From assembly GCA_038874215.1 (NCBI GenBank), contig JAVZCV010000025.1, forward strand, positions 1 through 16,732: 16,732 nt of DNA, in the 5' to 3' direction. Source of the stretch: Candidatus Micrarchaeia archaeon (GTDB taxonomy: Archaea; Micrarchaeota; Micrarchaeia; Burarchaeales; JAVZCV01). The notes below the pieces were generated by a model that worked only from the letters and a program-made list of their open reading frames with translations, did not search any database and was not told the origin of the DNA. A program made the position numbers and the translations under genes. Numbering within the stretch: position 1 is the stretch's first letter; the number at the start of each line of letters is the position of its first letter. Of this stretch, positions 15,103 to 16,732 are shown in pieces.

Positions 15103-15834
15103 ATGCTCGTAATACCTGCCGTTGATATACTGCATGGAAGATGCGTTAGGCTTGCGCAAGGTGATTTTTCAAAAGTTGAGGATTTTGGTAGTCCTATTGA
15201 AAGCGCAAAGCGATGGGAAAAAGAGGGCGCAAAAATGCTCCACGTAGTTGATTTAGACGGTGCGAGAACGGGTAGCATGGAAAATTTACCAATAATAAAA
15301 AGGATAATAACAGACCTTGGAATTCCCGTACAAGTGGGGGGCGGCATAAGGGATTTCTATCGTGCCTCTGAACTTTTAGAGGCAGGAGCGCGCATAGTCC
15401 TTGGCACTGCCGCAATCAAAAATCCAGAAATGATAAGCGAACTCGTTGGAAAATTTGGAAAAGATAAGGTAGGGGTTGCCGTTGATGCGAAGGATGGCAT
15501 GGTTGCGGTTGAAGGATGGATGAAAAAAACAAGCATTCCTTACATAAAATTCTCTTTGGAAATGGAGAGAAAGGGCGTAGGATTCCTGCTTTTTACATCA
15601 GTTCAAAGGGACGGCATGCTCGGCGGTCCTGACGTTAGCCGTGTTTCAGAACTCGTTACGAGTGTGCGTATACCCATCATAGCTTCGGGTGGCGTGGCAA
15701 CGCTTGATGATATAAAAGCGCTTTCTAAAACAGGAGCTTACGGTGTGATAGTGGGAAAAGCTTTATACACAGGAAGGTTCTCGCTTAGGGATGCAATGCG
15801 CGTTTCCGCCGATGACCGACTCAAAATCCAGTAA
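15103..15834 (+). CDS. hisA: ProFAR isomerase (1-(5-phosphoribosyl)-5-[(5-phosphoribosylamino)methylideneamino]imidazole-4-carboxamide isomerase)
   Basis: Contains MLVIPAVDI..G.CVRL.QG, LHVVDLDGA, QVGGGIR, RDGML.GP, ASGGV and GKALY. The ATG lies 1 nt after the hisH stop. Confidence 0.96.
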   Translation: MLVIPAVDILHGRCVRLAQGDFSKVEDFGSPIESAKRWEKEGAKMLHVVDLDGARTGSMENLPIIKRIITDLGIPVQVGGGIRDFYRASELLEAGARIVLGTAAIKNPEMISELVGKFGKDKVGVAVDAKDGMVAVEGWMKKTSIPYIKFSLEMERKGVGFLLFTSVQRDGMLGGPDVSRVSELVTSVRIPIIASGGVATLDDIKALSKTGAYGVIVGKALYTGRFSLRDAMRVSADDRLKIQ

Positions 15835-16732
15835 GGCAAGCACAAAGCCCATTCCATAGAAAAAGTGTTGCAGCACGAGTATGGGGATAGAAAGAATAGC
15901 AAAAATTATGGAACCACTTTTCATCAAAACTTGTATCGAGTTTAGGAAAAGTGCAAGGAGGTAAATGCCAAAAAAGGCAAACAAGCCTGTAATGGGCATA
16001 ATTCCGAGAAAAACCAAAATGGGAAGTAAAATGCAAGCAAGGAAAAATCCTCCTGCGATGGGCGAGAACCACCTAACCAATTTTTTATACATAAGAAAAA
16101 GCCTACCCATGCTATACCCGTAACCACACATTTTTCTTATAAATTTACTCACGCTTTTTTCTCTATGGCGTAGAACATATGCATCAGGCAGATAGAGAAA
16201 TCTATAGCCCTTTCTAACTAATCTGAAATTCAGATCGGCATCATCGCTTTCATATCCCTCTTCAAAAAATCGCTCCTTATTGAATACCTCTTTTCTATAT
16301 AATGCATTCCCCGCAGAGATTGAATCCACAAACCTCTGTTTTTCGTAAACGTATTCCATTACCGAACCGCCAGAGCCAAGAAAAGTGTTTTGGGCATGTG
16401 CAATGGCTTTTGCAAAAAATCCGTCTTTAGGATGGGGAAGGCCGGGCCCGCCAACCCCTGCAACGTCCTCACCTGCCTTCGCAATGGCATCAATAAGTTT
16501 AGAGAGCCAACTTTCAGAAGGGACGCAATCCCCGCTTAAAAACGCCACGAATTTTCCGCTTGCAACATCAACACTACGGTTTTTTGACGGCCCCCAAGCG
16601 CCAGCGTTCTCTATAACCCTCACGTCATACTGCCGCACTATATCCAGCGTTCTATCTTTTGATGAACCATCAGCAATTATTACCTCCATCTTTTCTTTTG
16701 GGTAATCATTTTTGAAAAGGGCATCAAGTCAT
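15763..16732 (-). CDS. Family 2 glycosyltransferase with C-terminal TM helices, 5' truncated, with an in-frame TGA at 16729-16731
   Basis: Contains YP....EVIIADGSSKDRT, GKFVAFLSGD, GVGG and DADLNFRL...G motifs. Homology continues upstream of the Met at 16689 (LDALFKNDYPKEK) to the window edge. Confidence 0.88.

Noticed and set aside
1-16732. CRISPR array, IS element, rRNA or genome-wide stop-codon recoding
   Set aside because: No regularly spaced repeats, terminal inverted repeats, transposase or rRNA-like sequence was seen. TAA, TAG and TGA all end conserved genes at expected positions.

Overview
Gene-dense archaeal window. The DPANN/Micrarchaeota-like origin is an inference from the archaeal ribosomal proteins, fibrillarin, a multi-intron tRNA, DsbA paralogues and orphan genes. 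In order, it contains: the 3' end of trm1; an L1-L10(P0)-L12 operon on the minus strand; a DsbA-like protein; two orphan membrane proteins; a tRNA-Lys(UUU) gene not shown by the ORF track; fibrillarin; DUF116; a second DsbA-like protein; an ABC exporter pair; cysS; a LysW-like zinc ribbon; a membrane metal-dependent hydrolase; a lytic-transglycosylase-domain orphan; hisG-hisH-hisA; and a truncated GT2 glycosyltransferase. Five observations stand out. (1) The tRNA-Lys is split by three BHB introns at 13/14, 37/38 and 59/60 and sits 19 nt upstream of fibrillarin. (2) A circularly permuted L1-binding RNA motif covers the Shine-Dalgarno site of the L1 operon. (3) An archaeal protein carries a peptidoglycan lytic-transglycosylase (SLT) domain but no signal peptide. 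(4) An orphan LysW-like protein lacks the EDWGE tail. (5) An in-frame TGA replaces a usually conserved Cys in the GT2 gene at the window edge.
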